From assembly GCF_009914755.1 (NCBI RefSeq), contig NC_060928.1: a stretch of 64,000 bases of DNA. One strand, given 5' to 3'. The notes below the pieces were generated by a model. It was not told the origin of the DNA, made no database searches, and saw only the letters and a program-made list of their open reading frames with translations. Shown here one piece after another: positions 1 to 15,959 of the stretch (its first letter is position 1; each line of letters begins with the position of its first letter). Source of the DNA: the human T2T-CHM13v2.0 reference genome, Homo sapiens. The position numbers and the translations under genes are program-made.

Positions 1-445
1 ACGGCCAGCGTCTGTTGCCTCACGAAAACATCTCCCACAAGGTGGCCGCCTCGCGCGAGGTCAGCAGCAGGGCAAACAGGGATGCGTGAGTGACTGACGT
101 GAGCTAATCGCTAATGACAGGCTTCACAGCCCCGGCGGCCCTCAGAGCCAGGCACCTCGCACCCCTCCTCCTCCTCGAGACCCAGTCCCGGCCCGCCCAC
201 CGTTCCCACGCCGCCCAATAGGCGCCGACGCGACTCAGCGAGTGGCCGGAGGAGGAGGTGTTGGGACGGCCGGACGCTGAACGGCCGTTCACGTCAACGT
301 AGTGACGTCACGCGTCGACGCTGGGGCGTACCTTTCGGGCTCCTGACTCCTGCCGCTTCTCTTCCCCTTCCGTGGGTCAGGGCCGGTCCGGTCCGGAACC
401 TGCAGCCCCTTTCCCAGTGTTCTAGTTCGCCCGTGACCCGGAATA
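1..445. promoter_or_regulatory. CLCN3: CpG-island promoter of CLCN3
   Basis: Very GC- and CpG-rich compared with the AT-rich remainder. Contains GC boxes (ggcccgccc ~190-198), CCAAT at 215-219, a full CRE TGACGTCA at 303-310, and TGACGTGA at 95-102 (+) and 289-296 (-). No TATA box. Confidence 0.9.
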
Positions 446-844
446 ATGAGCAAGGAGGGTGTGGTGGGTTGAAAGCCATCCTACTTTACTCCCGAGTTAG
501 AGCATGGATTCAGTTTTAGTCTTAAGGGGGAAGTGAGATTGGAGATTTTTATTTTTAATTTTGGGCAGAAGCAGGTTGACTCTAGGGATCTCCAGAGCGA
601 GAGGATTTAACTTCATGTTGCTCCCGTGTTTGAAGGAGGACAATAAAAGTCCCACCGGGCAAAATTTTCGTAACCTCTGCGGTAGAAAACGTCAGGTATC
701 TTTTAAATCGCGATAGTTTTCGCTGTGTCAGGCTTTCTTCGGTGGAGCTCCGAGGGTAGCTAGGTTCTAGGTTTGAAACAGATGCAGAATCCAAAGGCAG
801 CGCAAAAAACAGCCACCGATTTTGCTATGTCTCTGAGCTGCGAG
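300..844 (+). other. CLCN3: CLCN3 non-coding exon 1 (5' UTR); start approximate
   Basis: Runs out of the CpG island and ends at a strong donor, GAG|GTGAGT (844|845). The TSS cannot be fixed from sequence alone. Confidence 0.75.
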
Positions 845-2339
845 GTGAGTTGCATTGTATGAGCGAAGAGTTGTCAGCTCTCCTGTTCACAGATTTTGGG
901 TCAACTGTGAGGCCACAGCGCTCATCTTGGTTTCTCTTACAATGTACCTACATAATGTTGAAAGGTACATCGTGAATTGGGATGCTAACCCATCCTGATT
1001 AGGTATATACCCTCAGACATTCTTTAAAATTTCACACATCTGCTTCAGGAACCGTCGAAGGACCTCTGAATAAAATGGAAGTGGGTTCCAGGAGAAGATT
1101 AACTTTAAACTTAGAGGAGTGGGTTTTACTTTCGCTAAATTTTCCCCAATTTAAAAATAATATTCAGTTTTTCTATCTTTAGATATATATGTATGTAAAA
1201 TATTTTTTGTGTATATATATTTGTGGTTTGATCTTAAACTTGACCAGAAACTGCCTTAGAATCTCAGAAATTGACTTTGCATGTGGTATGCTTTGTTTGT
1301 ATGGCATTTTAAAACTGCGGAGCATATAGAAGATAATTACATATGCATTGTGCATATTAGAAACTGAGATTTCTGTTTCCTTTAGAAAGAAATTCCTGTT
1401 CATGGAATTGAATCAACAGCGACCATACCTTTTACACAGATATATAATTCAAAAGTTCAGTTCTACAAACGTAAACTTTTGGAGCTATGCAGTTCAGTTA
1501 CTGCAGCATCATTGTGGCTTGTATAATTGTTGAATCTTTCCAGAAATGCTTTTACTTTCATCTTTAAAGAGTTAATTTAGAAGATTTTTTTTTATGAGGT
1601 CGGTATGGAAATAACTGCGTCCCTTTGTGAGTCACTACAAAATAATATTTGTTCAGTTCAGGAGTACATATGGGAGTTAAAGTGCTTGTGTATAAATTGT
1701 TGACTTTCATCTTAAAAGGTGCTGCTGCTATTCAGTGTCTTGTTCTATAATATGGCTTTAAAAACCATGTGTGTGACCTACAGATATTTTCTCAACTTGA
1801 ATATGCGTATATGGCCTCTGGTTAATACAGACAGCCACTGTTGGCAGAATTCATCACAGATTGCATACCCTTCCCACCCCTTACTCCCCTCAGCACCTCG
1901 AAAACTTTGCTGCTTTACTTGAATGATGAGTCACATTATTTTAAGAAGTCAATATGAATGTATAGTACCTACATTTTTACTTGGAAATTGTACTTCAGTA
2001 TGTGTTATCAGTCATACATAGCTCATTAAGAATGTAAATATTTAAACTACTTTTGGATAGATGTGGTTCAGGGGAACAGATTTGTTGATGTTGTGGGTTT
2101 GTGTTAGTAAATTGGCTATTTTCCAGGTCATGTTAGTGGTAGGCTTTCCATTTCCTGTTGTGACATGTTGGTCATAATTTTCAGACGGCTCAGGAAGCCA
2201 GATTTGATCTCTGTGGTGGGTCTTATATCAAAGCAGTATCCTGTGGGGTTTGGCCACTATCACTGTTTTGTAGAACTTCCAACTTAGTTTGGTAGTCAAA
2301 CTTGTCAGCAGTGATCTAAAATGTATAATATTTTATAAT

Positions 2340-2575
2340 AAGTGTTAATATTTGTTGAATGCATTCTGTGTTTTCAGGCTCTTTTCCAAGTAATTTTTGT
2401 GAATTATCTCAATTTTCACACTAACCCCACGAAGTAGGTACTTTCACTAATCCCGTTTTACATTCGTAGAAACTGAGGCACAGAAAATTTAACTAACTTG
2501 CCCTACAGTAACTGTCAGAACTGAGACTGAAGCCTGGGAGTATGATTTCAGAGTTCCTGCTCTCTGCTGCACCAT
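2340..2575 (-). mobile_element. MIR SINE
   Basis: Core-like segment ccgttttaca...gaaactgaggcacaga...aacttgccc. Confidence 0.7.
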
Positions 2576-3149
2576 AGTGTAGTTTAGAATAGTCAAAATG
2601 CTAGAGAAAAACAAGGAGGGACGTGGCTTGTAGGTTCAATTATAAAAGCAATGTAAAATTACAGAGAGTCTGGGAAACAGTGTTTTTAAAAGGAATACTC
2701 ATAATCTTACTACTCTAATAAACATTTTAATTTTTTAAATATGCACATTCACATCTGTACATAAACATTGTAGCTGTGATTCATTTTGGTTCTTAAAGAT
2801 AAATCTTCAGTGAAGTTTAATATGGAGATTGAACCCCACTGCCTCACTTTCATTGTTGAAATCCAGAGAGATTTGATCTGCAACTTTGACTGGAACCAAG
2901 TTAAATAAATATATTTCTTGCTATTTCTTGTGAGAAATAATTGAACAGTTTCTGTCTTTTAAAATCATGAAGACTATTTAGTTTTCAAAGTTTCTGTCTT
3001 CCACAGCAACTTTTTATTGGTTTATTGTTTTATCTTTCTTCCTTGTTATAATCTGAGTGTTATATTTGTATGTGTGTTTATTCCGTTGTCCTCTTGAAAG
3101 CCTCTAGCATTTATACCCGCTGCCCCTGAGGAATTTGGGTTTTTTTGTC

Positions 3150-3697
3150 TGTTTTTATTTATTTTTAATTGACAGATAATCATTGTGTATATTTATGGGG
3201 TTCAATGTGATGTTTTGATAAATGTATATTTTGTAGAAAGGTTAAATCAAGCAAATTAACACGTCCATCATATCACCTACTTGCCATTTGTTTGTGGTGA
3301 GAACGTTTAAAATTAACTTTTAGCAATTTTGAGGTATATAGTACATTATTATTAATTATAGTCACCGTGGCATGCAATAGATCTCTAAAACTTACTCCTC
3401 TAACTGAAACTTGGTATTCTTTGACTAACCTCTCTCCTTTCCTTTTTCCCCCTTCTCCCTAGCCTTTGTAGACCACCATTCTGCTCTCTGCCTCCCTGAG
3501 TTTGACTTTTTTTTTTAGATTTTACACATATGTGAGATCATGCAGTATTTGTTTTTTTGTGTCTTATTTATTTCACTTAGCATTATGTCCTCCGGGTTAA
3601 TCTACGTTTTTGAAAATGACATAATTTTCTTCCTTTTAAAGGCTGTATGGTATTCCATTCTGTATATATATTACATTTTCTTTATCCATTCATCATA
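3150..3697 (-). mobile_element. Old L1 (L1MA-like) 3' end
   Basis: T-rich tail followed by the reverse complement of an L1 3' UTR (tttcacttagcattatgtcctcc..., tattccattctgtatata). Confidence 0.8.
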
Positions 3698-3923
3698 GAT
3701 CCTTTTAGATATCTCTAATATCGACCTTAAATGCAGAAGATGAATCACTGTATTGGAAGAAAGAAAAGTAATCCTATAAAATCAGTTTAAAATTAGGTCA
3801 GTATAGCAAGGATTAGATATGTTGATTTTACTTTGGGTACTCTGAGAACTTGATTTAAACTGAACCTTGCCCAGTGCTAATGTAATCAGTAGACCACACT
3901 AATTCCTATGGTATAGTAGTGAC

Positions 3924-4349
<426 letters not shown>

Positions 4350-4557
4350 GGAATACATACTAATTTTTAGAAAGCTATTACAGCATCCCTCTTGAGGAAA
4401 ATGTATAATGTAATTTATGCTGAAGTCTACTGAAAGCTGTAGGGCCTATACAAATATAATGGCATTAATACAATAAAAACTGTGTTCATATTTATTATAA
4501 TTTCTGGTACATTGTTAGCTATTCTATAAATGTTAGTAAATGAATAAGTTATGTTGA

Positions 4558-4872
<315 letters not shown>

Positions 4873-5589
4873 CTTTTCACGTTTCAATCTGTGACTAGTA
4901 CTTAGCACAGTTTTTACAATATTTATATGAAAATGCTCCTTACATACAAATGGCTAGCTCAGATTTTCACCTCTCTGCCATCGTTGCTCTTGAGACTTTT
5001 GTTCCATCTCTCTAGTTGCTGACATTGACAATCTTTTTCTTCTTTCACCCAGTTTATATCTACTTTTCTTTTTAGCTTAACAGAGAGTTGACTGACACAC
5101 CTTTGGGAATTAGATGTGGTCCTCAGCTGTACCCAGTCGGTCTCCTTTATGGGAGAGACAAAACTTTGTTGGGAACCATGAAAAATTAGTGTGCATATCT
5201 CAGGCTGTGGATCCTTTCGCCACCCATTTCCATGGTTTTCCTATTTTTGCTCCCCTCCCCAAATTCTGGTGGCATATTGCTTAGTGTTTGCAGTTTTGGG
5301 GCTCAGGTCAGTGTAATGGAGGTAACCTTCTTTATAGTCTGACCTGGAATAGAAACTAAAGCCTCGACATATAATCCTAAAGTTGGAAAGAACACGCTGG
5401 TCTTGAGTTCTGTGAGTTGCAGGAGACTGAAATTTGTTTCTGCCAACTGTTTTCAGTTAATCAAGTTGGAACCTTAGTGGATATCTTAGATTCTTCTTTA
5501 CCATTCCCTATATCTTATTAATTACCAGGTCCTCTTAAATATTTCTTCAAACTCTCTCTGCTTCTCAATATTGATGTGTCTTAGTGAGC

Positions 5590-6693
<1,104 letters not shown>

Positions 6694-6829
6694 CTCTTAA
6701 TTCAGTTATGCCCTATCTTACGTTTAGAATTGTTCAGACGTCTAGTCTCATCTCCAGCTTCTCTATCTGTAGTCCTTCAGTCTCTTACCCTTCTTATCTG
6801 GCTTTCACACTGCTGCTAGTGTTGGCTTA

Positions 6830-7372
6830 CTAAAATTCATGTCTGATCATGTGATTTCTCTAAAGTTCTTCATGGTTTCCCCTGTGTATAGATGAGTATG
6901 TAAGTTTCTTAGTGTGACACATGAACCCCTCCCCTTCATGATCTGGCCTATGTCTGCCTCTGTAGCTACTCTCTGGTCCTTTACCTCTTACATAAGCTAC
7001 CCAAGCAGGTTTTACTATGATGCTTTTATGCTGTTGCGCATACTTTTTTTGTGTGTGTGCCTGTATTGACTTTTTACCTCACAGCCCAATTAATTTATCC
7101 TAATTCTTCAATATTTTGCTAAAATATTCCCTCTATTAAGTGCTTACGGACTGTTTGCCAGCCAGCTTGCTTACTTTTCTCAGGTTTATCAAATACATTG
7201 TATGTACCTCTCCTGTGATGTGTATCATACCATATTGTTGTTACTTGTTGATGTCTGTCACCTTCACTGCCTTAGGAACAGAAACCATATCTTATTCATT
7301 ACCCTAGCATCTGGCTTTGTGCCTGGTACATGCTAAGTGTGCAGTCAATGATTATCAAATAAATTAATAAAT
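6830..7372 (+). mobile_element. L2 fragment(s), 3' end
   Basis: Ends with gtgcctggtacatgctaagtgtgcagtcaatgattatcaaataaattaataaatg, which is L2-tail-like. Confidence 0.55.
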
Positions 7373-7589
7373 GACTCCAAAAACTAGCTTTGAATACTAG
7401 ATAAATGGTGATCCTGTAAACTGAGATAGGAAAAGTAGGAGGACAAGGACTTTTGGGGCAAATATTTATTTAGTTTAGGTCTTGTTGAGTTTTAGCTCTT
7501 TTACAACATCAAGGAAGACATGTACCATTTATTTCTTATACATTTGTTATTTATTCATACAATATAATTAACCCAACAAGATTTTTTTT

Positions 7590-9133
7590 AGATATGGACA
7601 AGATTATTCTAAAATTTACATGAAAAGGCAATGAAAAAGAAGAATAAGGTGTGAAAGATCAATCTACTCAATTTCAAGACTTATTATGTAGTTACAGTAA
7701 TCAAGACTGTGTGGTATGGGCATAGATAAAGACACAGATCCGTGGAACAGAACAGAGAACTCTGAAATAGATCCACATAAATATACCTAGTTTTTGTCAA
7801 AAGCATGAAAACAGTTCAACGGAGGTAGATAACTTTTTCAACAGTTGGTACTGGAGCAATTAGACATCCATACACTGTCCCATTCCCAACCCCCCAATAA
7901 AGGAACCTCAACCTATGTCTCATACCCTGTGCATGCACAAATTAAAATGGATCACAGACTGAAATATAAAAATATTAAACTATAAAATTTTAGGAAAAAT
8001 AGAAGAAAATTTTGGGGAGGTAGGGTTAGGCATATGTTTCTTTGACTTGCCACCAAAAGAATACTCCTTAAAGGCAAAATTGATAAATTAAACTTCATCA
8101 AAATTAAGTATTTTTGCTCTGTTATAGACCCTGTTAAAAAGATGAAAAGATAAACTAGAGAGGGGAGAAAATATTTGCAGACAACACAACTGACAAATAA
8201 CTAGTATCTGTAATATATAAAGAACTCTTAAAAGTCAACAGTATGAAAGCAGTCCAGCTAGAAAACGGACAAAAGACATAGTCATTTCACTGAAGAGGAT
8301 TACACATATAGCAAATGAGCACATAAAAAATGTTCAGCATCATTACCCATTAGGGAGATGCAGATTAAAGCAACAAGATACTACCGTACATCTATCAGAA
8401 TAGCTAAAATAAGAAATAGTGACAACACCAAATGCTGGCAACGAGGTCAAGAAACTGGATCACTCATACATTGTTGGTAGAAATGTACAATGGTACAGCC
8501 ACTCTGGAAAACAATTTGGCAGTTTCTTTAAAAAACAAATATGTGACTACTGTATGACCCAACTGTTGTACTCTGACATTTAGCCCAAAGAAATAAAGGC
8601 TATTCATTTTCAAAAACCTGTACATGCATGTTTGTAGCAGCTTTATTCATAGTCACCAAAACATAGAAACAAGCCAGATGTTCTTCAGTGGGTGAATGGT
8701 TAAACAAACTGTGGCATATCTGTTATCATAGACTACTCTGATAAAAAGGAAGGAACTATTGACACATGTAACACCCTGGATGAATCTCCAGAGAATTGTG
8801 CTGAGAACAAAGAGTTAATCCCCATATCATATCATTTATATAACATTCTTGAACTGGCAAAATTATTGAAGTAGAAAACAGACTATGGGTTGCTAGGGGT
8901 TAAGGAGGGATGGCCATAAAACGGCAACATGAGAGATACCTGTGGTGATGGAATATTCTGTATCTTGACTGTATCAATGTCCTTATCTTGATTGTGATAT
9001 TGTACTATAGTTTTGCGAGATGTTCCCATTAATGGAAACTGGGTAAAAGATATACAGGATTTTTTTTCTGTATTATTTATTGTAACTACATGTGGAACCA
9101 CAATTATCTCAAAATAAAAATTTAATTAAAAAA
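7590..9133 (+). mobile_element. Old L1M (ORF2 3' part, 3' UTR and A-tail)
   Basis: Degenerate ORF2 signatures (acagtaatcaagactgtgtggtat; tggtacagccactctggaaaac), ending in ctcaaaataaaaa. Confidence 0.85.
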
Positions 9134-9155
9134 ATTGAACATCTACTGTGACACA

Positions 9156-9453
9156 TTTTTTTTTTTTGAGGCAGATCTTGCTCAGTTGCCCAGGCTGGAG
9201 TGCAGTGAGTGGTGTGATCTCAGCTCACTGCAACCTCTGCCTCCTGGGCTCAAGTGATTCTTCTGCCTCGGCCTCCTGAGTAGCTGGGATTACAGGCACT
9301 CACCACTATGCCCGGCTAATTTTTGTATTTTTAGTAGAGACGGGGTTTCACCATGTTGGCCATGCTGGTCTTGAACTCCTGACCTCAGGTGATCTGCCCT
9401 CCTGGGCCTCTTAAAGTGCCGAGATTACAGCTGTGAGCCACTGCGCCTGGTCT
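9156..9453 (-). mobile_element. AluS
   Basis: Antisense Alu with approximate TSD tgtgacaca / tgtgacata. Confidence 0.9.
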
Positions 9454-10148
9454 AATGTGACATATTTTGCTAACCATTGAGTATACAGTGTTGAGCAAAA
9501 ATTGAGTGTCAGACCTCATGACACGTTCTACAATGGCAGACAGATATTAAATAATCACAGAAATAAATTTAATATTCAACTGTGGTAAGTGCTGTAAAAG
9601 AGAGCTATAAGAACTAATAATGAGAAAATTTGATCCAGATAGTAAGTGGGTCAGCGAAGCTTTGCTTACTAACTGCATGACTTTGGGCGAGTTATTTACA
9701 TGCTTTGTGCCTCAGTTCCTCATTTTTAGTGGGGACAATAATAGCACCTATTCTTTAAGGTTGTCATATATTTAATATGAATATTAAATGAATGAATTTG
9801 TAAAGGGCTTAAGATATTGCCTAGCATATAGTAAGCTCTGGTTAAGAGTTTGTTAAATAAAGGGATACTTGATGTAAGACCTTGTAAGAAAAATGAGTAG
9901 GAGAGTTAATTCTTTTTTATTTTTACAATTTCAACTTTTATTTTAGATGTGCAGGTTTATTCCATGGGTATACAGCATGATGCTGCGGTTGGGGGTACAG
10001 TTGTACCCATTACCCAGGAAGTGGGTATAGTGCTCAACAGTTTTTCAGCCCTTGCTTCCTTCCCTACATTTCCCGCGCTGGTAGTCCTCAGTGACTATTG
10101 TTGCCATCTGTACGTCTGTGAGTACCTGATGTTAAAGCTCCCACTTAA

Positions 10149-10641
<493 letters not shown>

Positions 10642-10979
10642 TGATGAGCACCTAGGTTGATTCTGTGTTTTTGCTATTGTGGGTAGTGCTGTGATGAACA
10701 TATAAGCACATGTGTCTTTTATGTAGAACAATTTATTTTCTTTTGGGTATATACCCAGTAATGGCATTGCTGGGTCAAATGGTATTTCTGTTTTAAGTTC
10801 TTTGATAAATCTCCAAACTGCTTTCCACAGGGGCTGAGCCAATTTACATTCCCACTGACAGTGTATAAGCATTCCATAGCCTTGCCAGCATCTGTTGTTT
10901 TTTGGCTTTTTAATAATAGCCATCCTGACTGGTGTGAGATGGTGTTTCATTGTGGTTTTGATTTCCATTTCTCTAATGA

Positions 10980-11369
<390 letters not shown>

Positions 11370-12228
11370 GTCTTTGCCCACTTTTTAATAATGTTGTTTT
11401 TTGCTTGTTGAATTGTTTGCTTCTTGTAGATTGTAGATATTAGACCTTTGTCAGACGTTAGCTAGATTAACAGAGAAAGAGACAAGATCCAAATCACCAC
11501 ACAATCAGAAACAACAGAGGTGACATTACAACCAATCCCATGGAAATACAAAAGATCCCCAGAGACTATTATGAACACATCTGTAAACACGAACTAGAAA
11601 ATCTAGAGGAAATGGATAAATTCTGGAAACAACCTCCCAAGATTAAATCAGGATGAAATTGAAATCCTGAACAGACCAATATCGAGTTCCAAAATGGAAT
11701 CGGTAATAAAAAATCTACCAACCAGAAAAGCCCTGGACCAGATGTATTCATAGCTGAATTCTATCAGATGTACAAAGAAAGCTGGTACCAATTCTACTGA
11801 AACGACTCCAAAAAATGAGGAGGGGCTCCTCCTTAACTCATTCCAGCTTCACCCCGATACCAAAACCTGGCAAAGACACAATGAAAAAGGAAAAGTACAG
11901 GTCAATATCCCTGATGAACATAGATGTAAAAACCTTCAACAAAATATTAAGAGAGTGAGTTGTTAAAGAGAAGAGGGTATGATCCAGGCAGAGGGAGCAA
12001 CAAAGGCCTTGGGGCAGGAGTCAGGAAAGAGCTTGATAGGACTGAGAGATTGAAAGATCAGTGAGTCTAGAGTACTTCAGGAAGTACATACTTCTCAAAG
12101 TAAGATATACAACTGGCCAACAAGCATGTGAAAAAATGCTCAACATCACTAATGATTAGCGAAATGGAAATCAAAACCACAGTGAGACACCATCTCACGC
12201 CAGTCAGAATGGCTATTAAAAGAAGCTG

Positions 12229-12690
<462 letters not shown>

Positions 12691-12731
12691 TCATCAGATT
12701 CGAAGGAAGCAAAATAATTGCACGTAGATAA

Positions 12732-13092
<361 letters not shown>

Positions 13093-13382
13093 TATCTCTA
13101 ATTTTTATAATTTTGTAAGAATATATTTACAAGCTACTGTGTATCTATTACAATGTTTTGAAATGATTATAAGTATATTTTTGGTGATTAAAATGGAAAA
13201 GGTGACTTTGCATTATTTTTTTTAAATATGTAAAATTTCATCTGCTGTGTTAGAGTCTAAATAGCCTTTTGTGCCCAAGCCTGGGAATTGGGTTTAGAAC
13301 CTGAAAATATTTAACACTAGTGTTCAGATTTCCTTCTGTTATATGTCCTTTATGCTACTATAGAAATTTGAATATTTTATAG

Positions 13383-13703
13383 CAGTGCTGTTCAATAAAA
13401 GTGTTAGTGCTGCAAATGCAAGCCACATAGGTAATTTTTAATTTTTCAGTAGCCACATTAAAAAGGTAAAAAGAAAGTGGTGAGATTCATTTCAAATATA
13501 TTTTATTTAACCCAATGGATCTAAAATATTTCAACATGTAATCAGTATAAAATTTCTAGTCAAATATTTGACATCCTTTTTAAATATTAAGTCTTAGAAA
13601 TCTGGTAGGTATTTTACACTTAGAGCACATTTCAGTTTGGACCAGCCATGTTTCAATGGCTCGATAGCCGTATGTATGCTGGCTGCTGCATCAGTCAGTA
13701 CAG
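13383..13703. mobile_element. hAT-Charlie MITE (MER33-like)
   Basis: cagtgctgttcaata...agccacataggtaattt...agtagccacattaaaaagg...gcacatttcagt. Confidence 0.65.
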
Positions 13704-15709
13704 CTCTATAGGTTTCTGGGTTAATACGTGGAATAGTTTTTTTTTTTATCTTAAGTTATCAAATTTATAGAAATAGAAACCCATGCAGGCCTGGGTTTAA
13801 TTGGTTTATTTGGAGCAGAGTTGCATGCTTGTGTTACAAAGAATGATCTGCAGGCTAGGTGTCTCAAAGGTATTATGAAATTAATTTTTTTAACGGAAAT
13901 AGTTAAATTTCCAGTTACCACTTACGATTTTTGAGAGACTTTTAGGGATAAAATGGAGGAGATATATTGGAATTTGCTGATTGAAGTATTAACACATAAA
14001 AAGGTTTAATGATTTTACAGAGATTTCTTAGTGCTGTGCAGCCTCTAGCTAATGTTCACTGAAATGTTATCATATGTATTAAGCCCTTCTATTCTGTAAA
14101 GAAATAAAAACAGAGTGTCTGTGTTCTTCACAAAAATCTTAGCATACATGCTTTGATACATCAAAATTAAATGATTCTTAAGCTATTAATGTTTATGTTT
14201 TTAAAAGCCTTTTGGTAATTTTCTCAAAAGCCACATAATATTTAATTTGTTTGCCTCTATGGAACTGCAGATTTCTTAGTATGAACAACTACTTTCATAC
14301 TTTCCTATTGTTTTAATTAATATACTCTAACAAATCTCATCTCAGTATAATATGCCATCTTTGGTAGCGATAACTATAAAACATTCATAAAGTTGCAAAG
14401 CAGCAAGTATTTACATTTTTCTTTTTTAATTTGCTAATTTTGGTTATTCCTCCAAGAACAGTTTAATACTCTTGGAGAGAGGATTTTTTTTTAAATTGAA
14501 AACTGAATACATTTCTCTTTTTGACCTCATTAATTGAATAGTTTGACATTTGTTGTTCTTACACTGTGCCAGTCATTATGCCAGATGTGGAGAGCAGAGG
14601 CATGCTCTCAAGGAGCTCTCAAAACTTCACCTTTTTCAAAGTGATCTTTAAGTTAGGAAATTTATATAATCTGTTTAAAAGATATTTATTGTCAGTAATA
14701 GTCTAGTTTTCTAAAACTTCATAAATACCTTTTTGTTATTAAAGCTCTTTGAGGTTATCTTTCCATTTGCAGAAGGAAAATTTACTGAGTAGAAGAGATT
14801 GTCTTAAAACACTCCACGTCTTCAGTGTTAGAATTCACTGCTAGAATTCATCACTGGAATTGAACTGTGCTTACTTTAGTCTTCATCTGTCATTTTCTGT
14901 GTGTACTTACTAGGCCATATCTGCTAAGTCTTGTTTTACAAGGCTTACTGGTTTGACTGCTTTTATGACTGCATCTTTCAAGTCCCACCCATGCAGCTTA
15001 AAAGTCTATTACTAATGTCCCCATACTTATGTTGAACTCTTATTTTGGTGTTGAGTAAGTAAGTGGAGGTATTTAAAAATCAAACTAGTTAGGAGTAATA
15101 CAGATTTAAGAATATGGAGAGTAAGAACAATGAAAACATACCCTTTTTTGATTTGTTGCCTGTTACCATTTTATCAGTGGCTAATGTTTGACCATAGGCT
15201 CTGAAGATTTAAATTTTAAAAGGATGAAAGGAGAATGAAATAAATATTTTAAAATTTTTTAATTGTAGTATTTATTTTTAAAATCAGGTTGTACTTACAC
15301 CTCTTACACCTGATAAAATATTCAAAAGGGGCAGTCTGTCTTTCAAACCTTGTACTTCAGCCATCTTGTTCCCTACCCTTTGGGCAACTTACTTGGAACT
15401 CTCTCCTGAGACAAATCTATACATACACAAGCAAAAATGTAAATATACGTTACATTTTTCAACTTAACAATTGGATATCTACCTGGAGAAATTCTTCATT
15501 CTTTTTTACAACTGTATAATGAGAATAAAATTATTACCTCACCCCAAAATACTTAATAAAGGTAACTATTGTTACAGTGAATACGCTTAATTTTTTTTAG
15601 CACATAGATCATAACTTTCCTTTTGTGATGTTAAACTAGATGATTTTTATTGTATGTTTGAAAAATGTTAAAACTACTTTTTCCCCCCCACAGATAATCA
15701 GACAGCTAA

Positions 15710-15869
15710 ATGGAGTCTGAGCAGCTGTTCCATAGAGGCTACTATAGAAACAGCTACAACAGTATAACAAGTGCAAGTAGTGATGAGGAACTTTTAGATG
15801 GAGCAGGTGTTATTATGGACTTTCAAACATCTGAAGATGACAATTTATTAGATGGTGACACTGCAGTTG
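15710..15869 (+). CDS. CLCN3: ClC-3 first coding exon, long N-terminus [53 protein letters not shown](G); exon begins at 15694
   Basis: Recognisable ClC-3 N-terminus. Acceptor is a polypyrimidine tract plus CAG (15691-15693); start context aaATGG; donor TTG|GTAAGT. 160 coding nt, phase 1, matching the exon at 60156. Confidence 0.96.
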
Positions 15870-15959
15870 GTAAGTTCAGCATGACAGCCTAATGTTTGTA
15901 TTCATGAATATCCACTAATAAATATGTACACTATTTTATTGAGGTTGAATTTTTCAGTA

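Noticed and set aside
302-311. GTGACGTCAC as a TFEB CLEAR element (tempting for an endolysosomal gene)
   Set aside because: CLEAR is GTCACGTGAC, an E-box; this sequence is a CRE palindrome.
104-794. Minus-strand ORFs over the promoter suggesting a divergent gene
   Set aside because: Short GC-driven ORFs with no recognisable protein or splice support.
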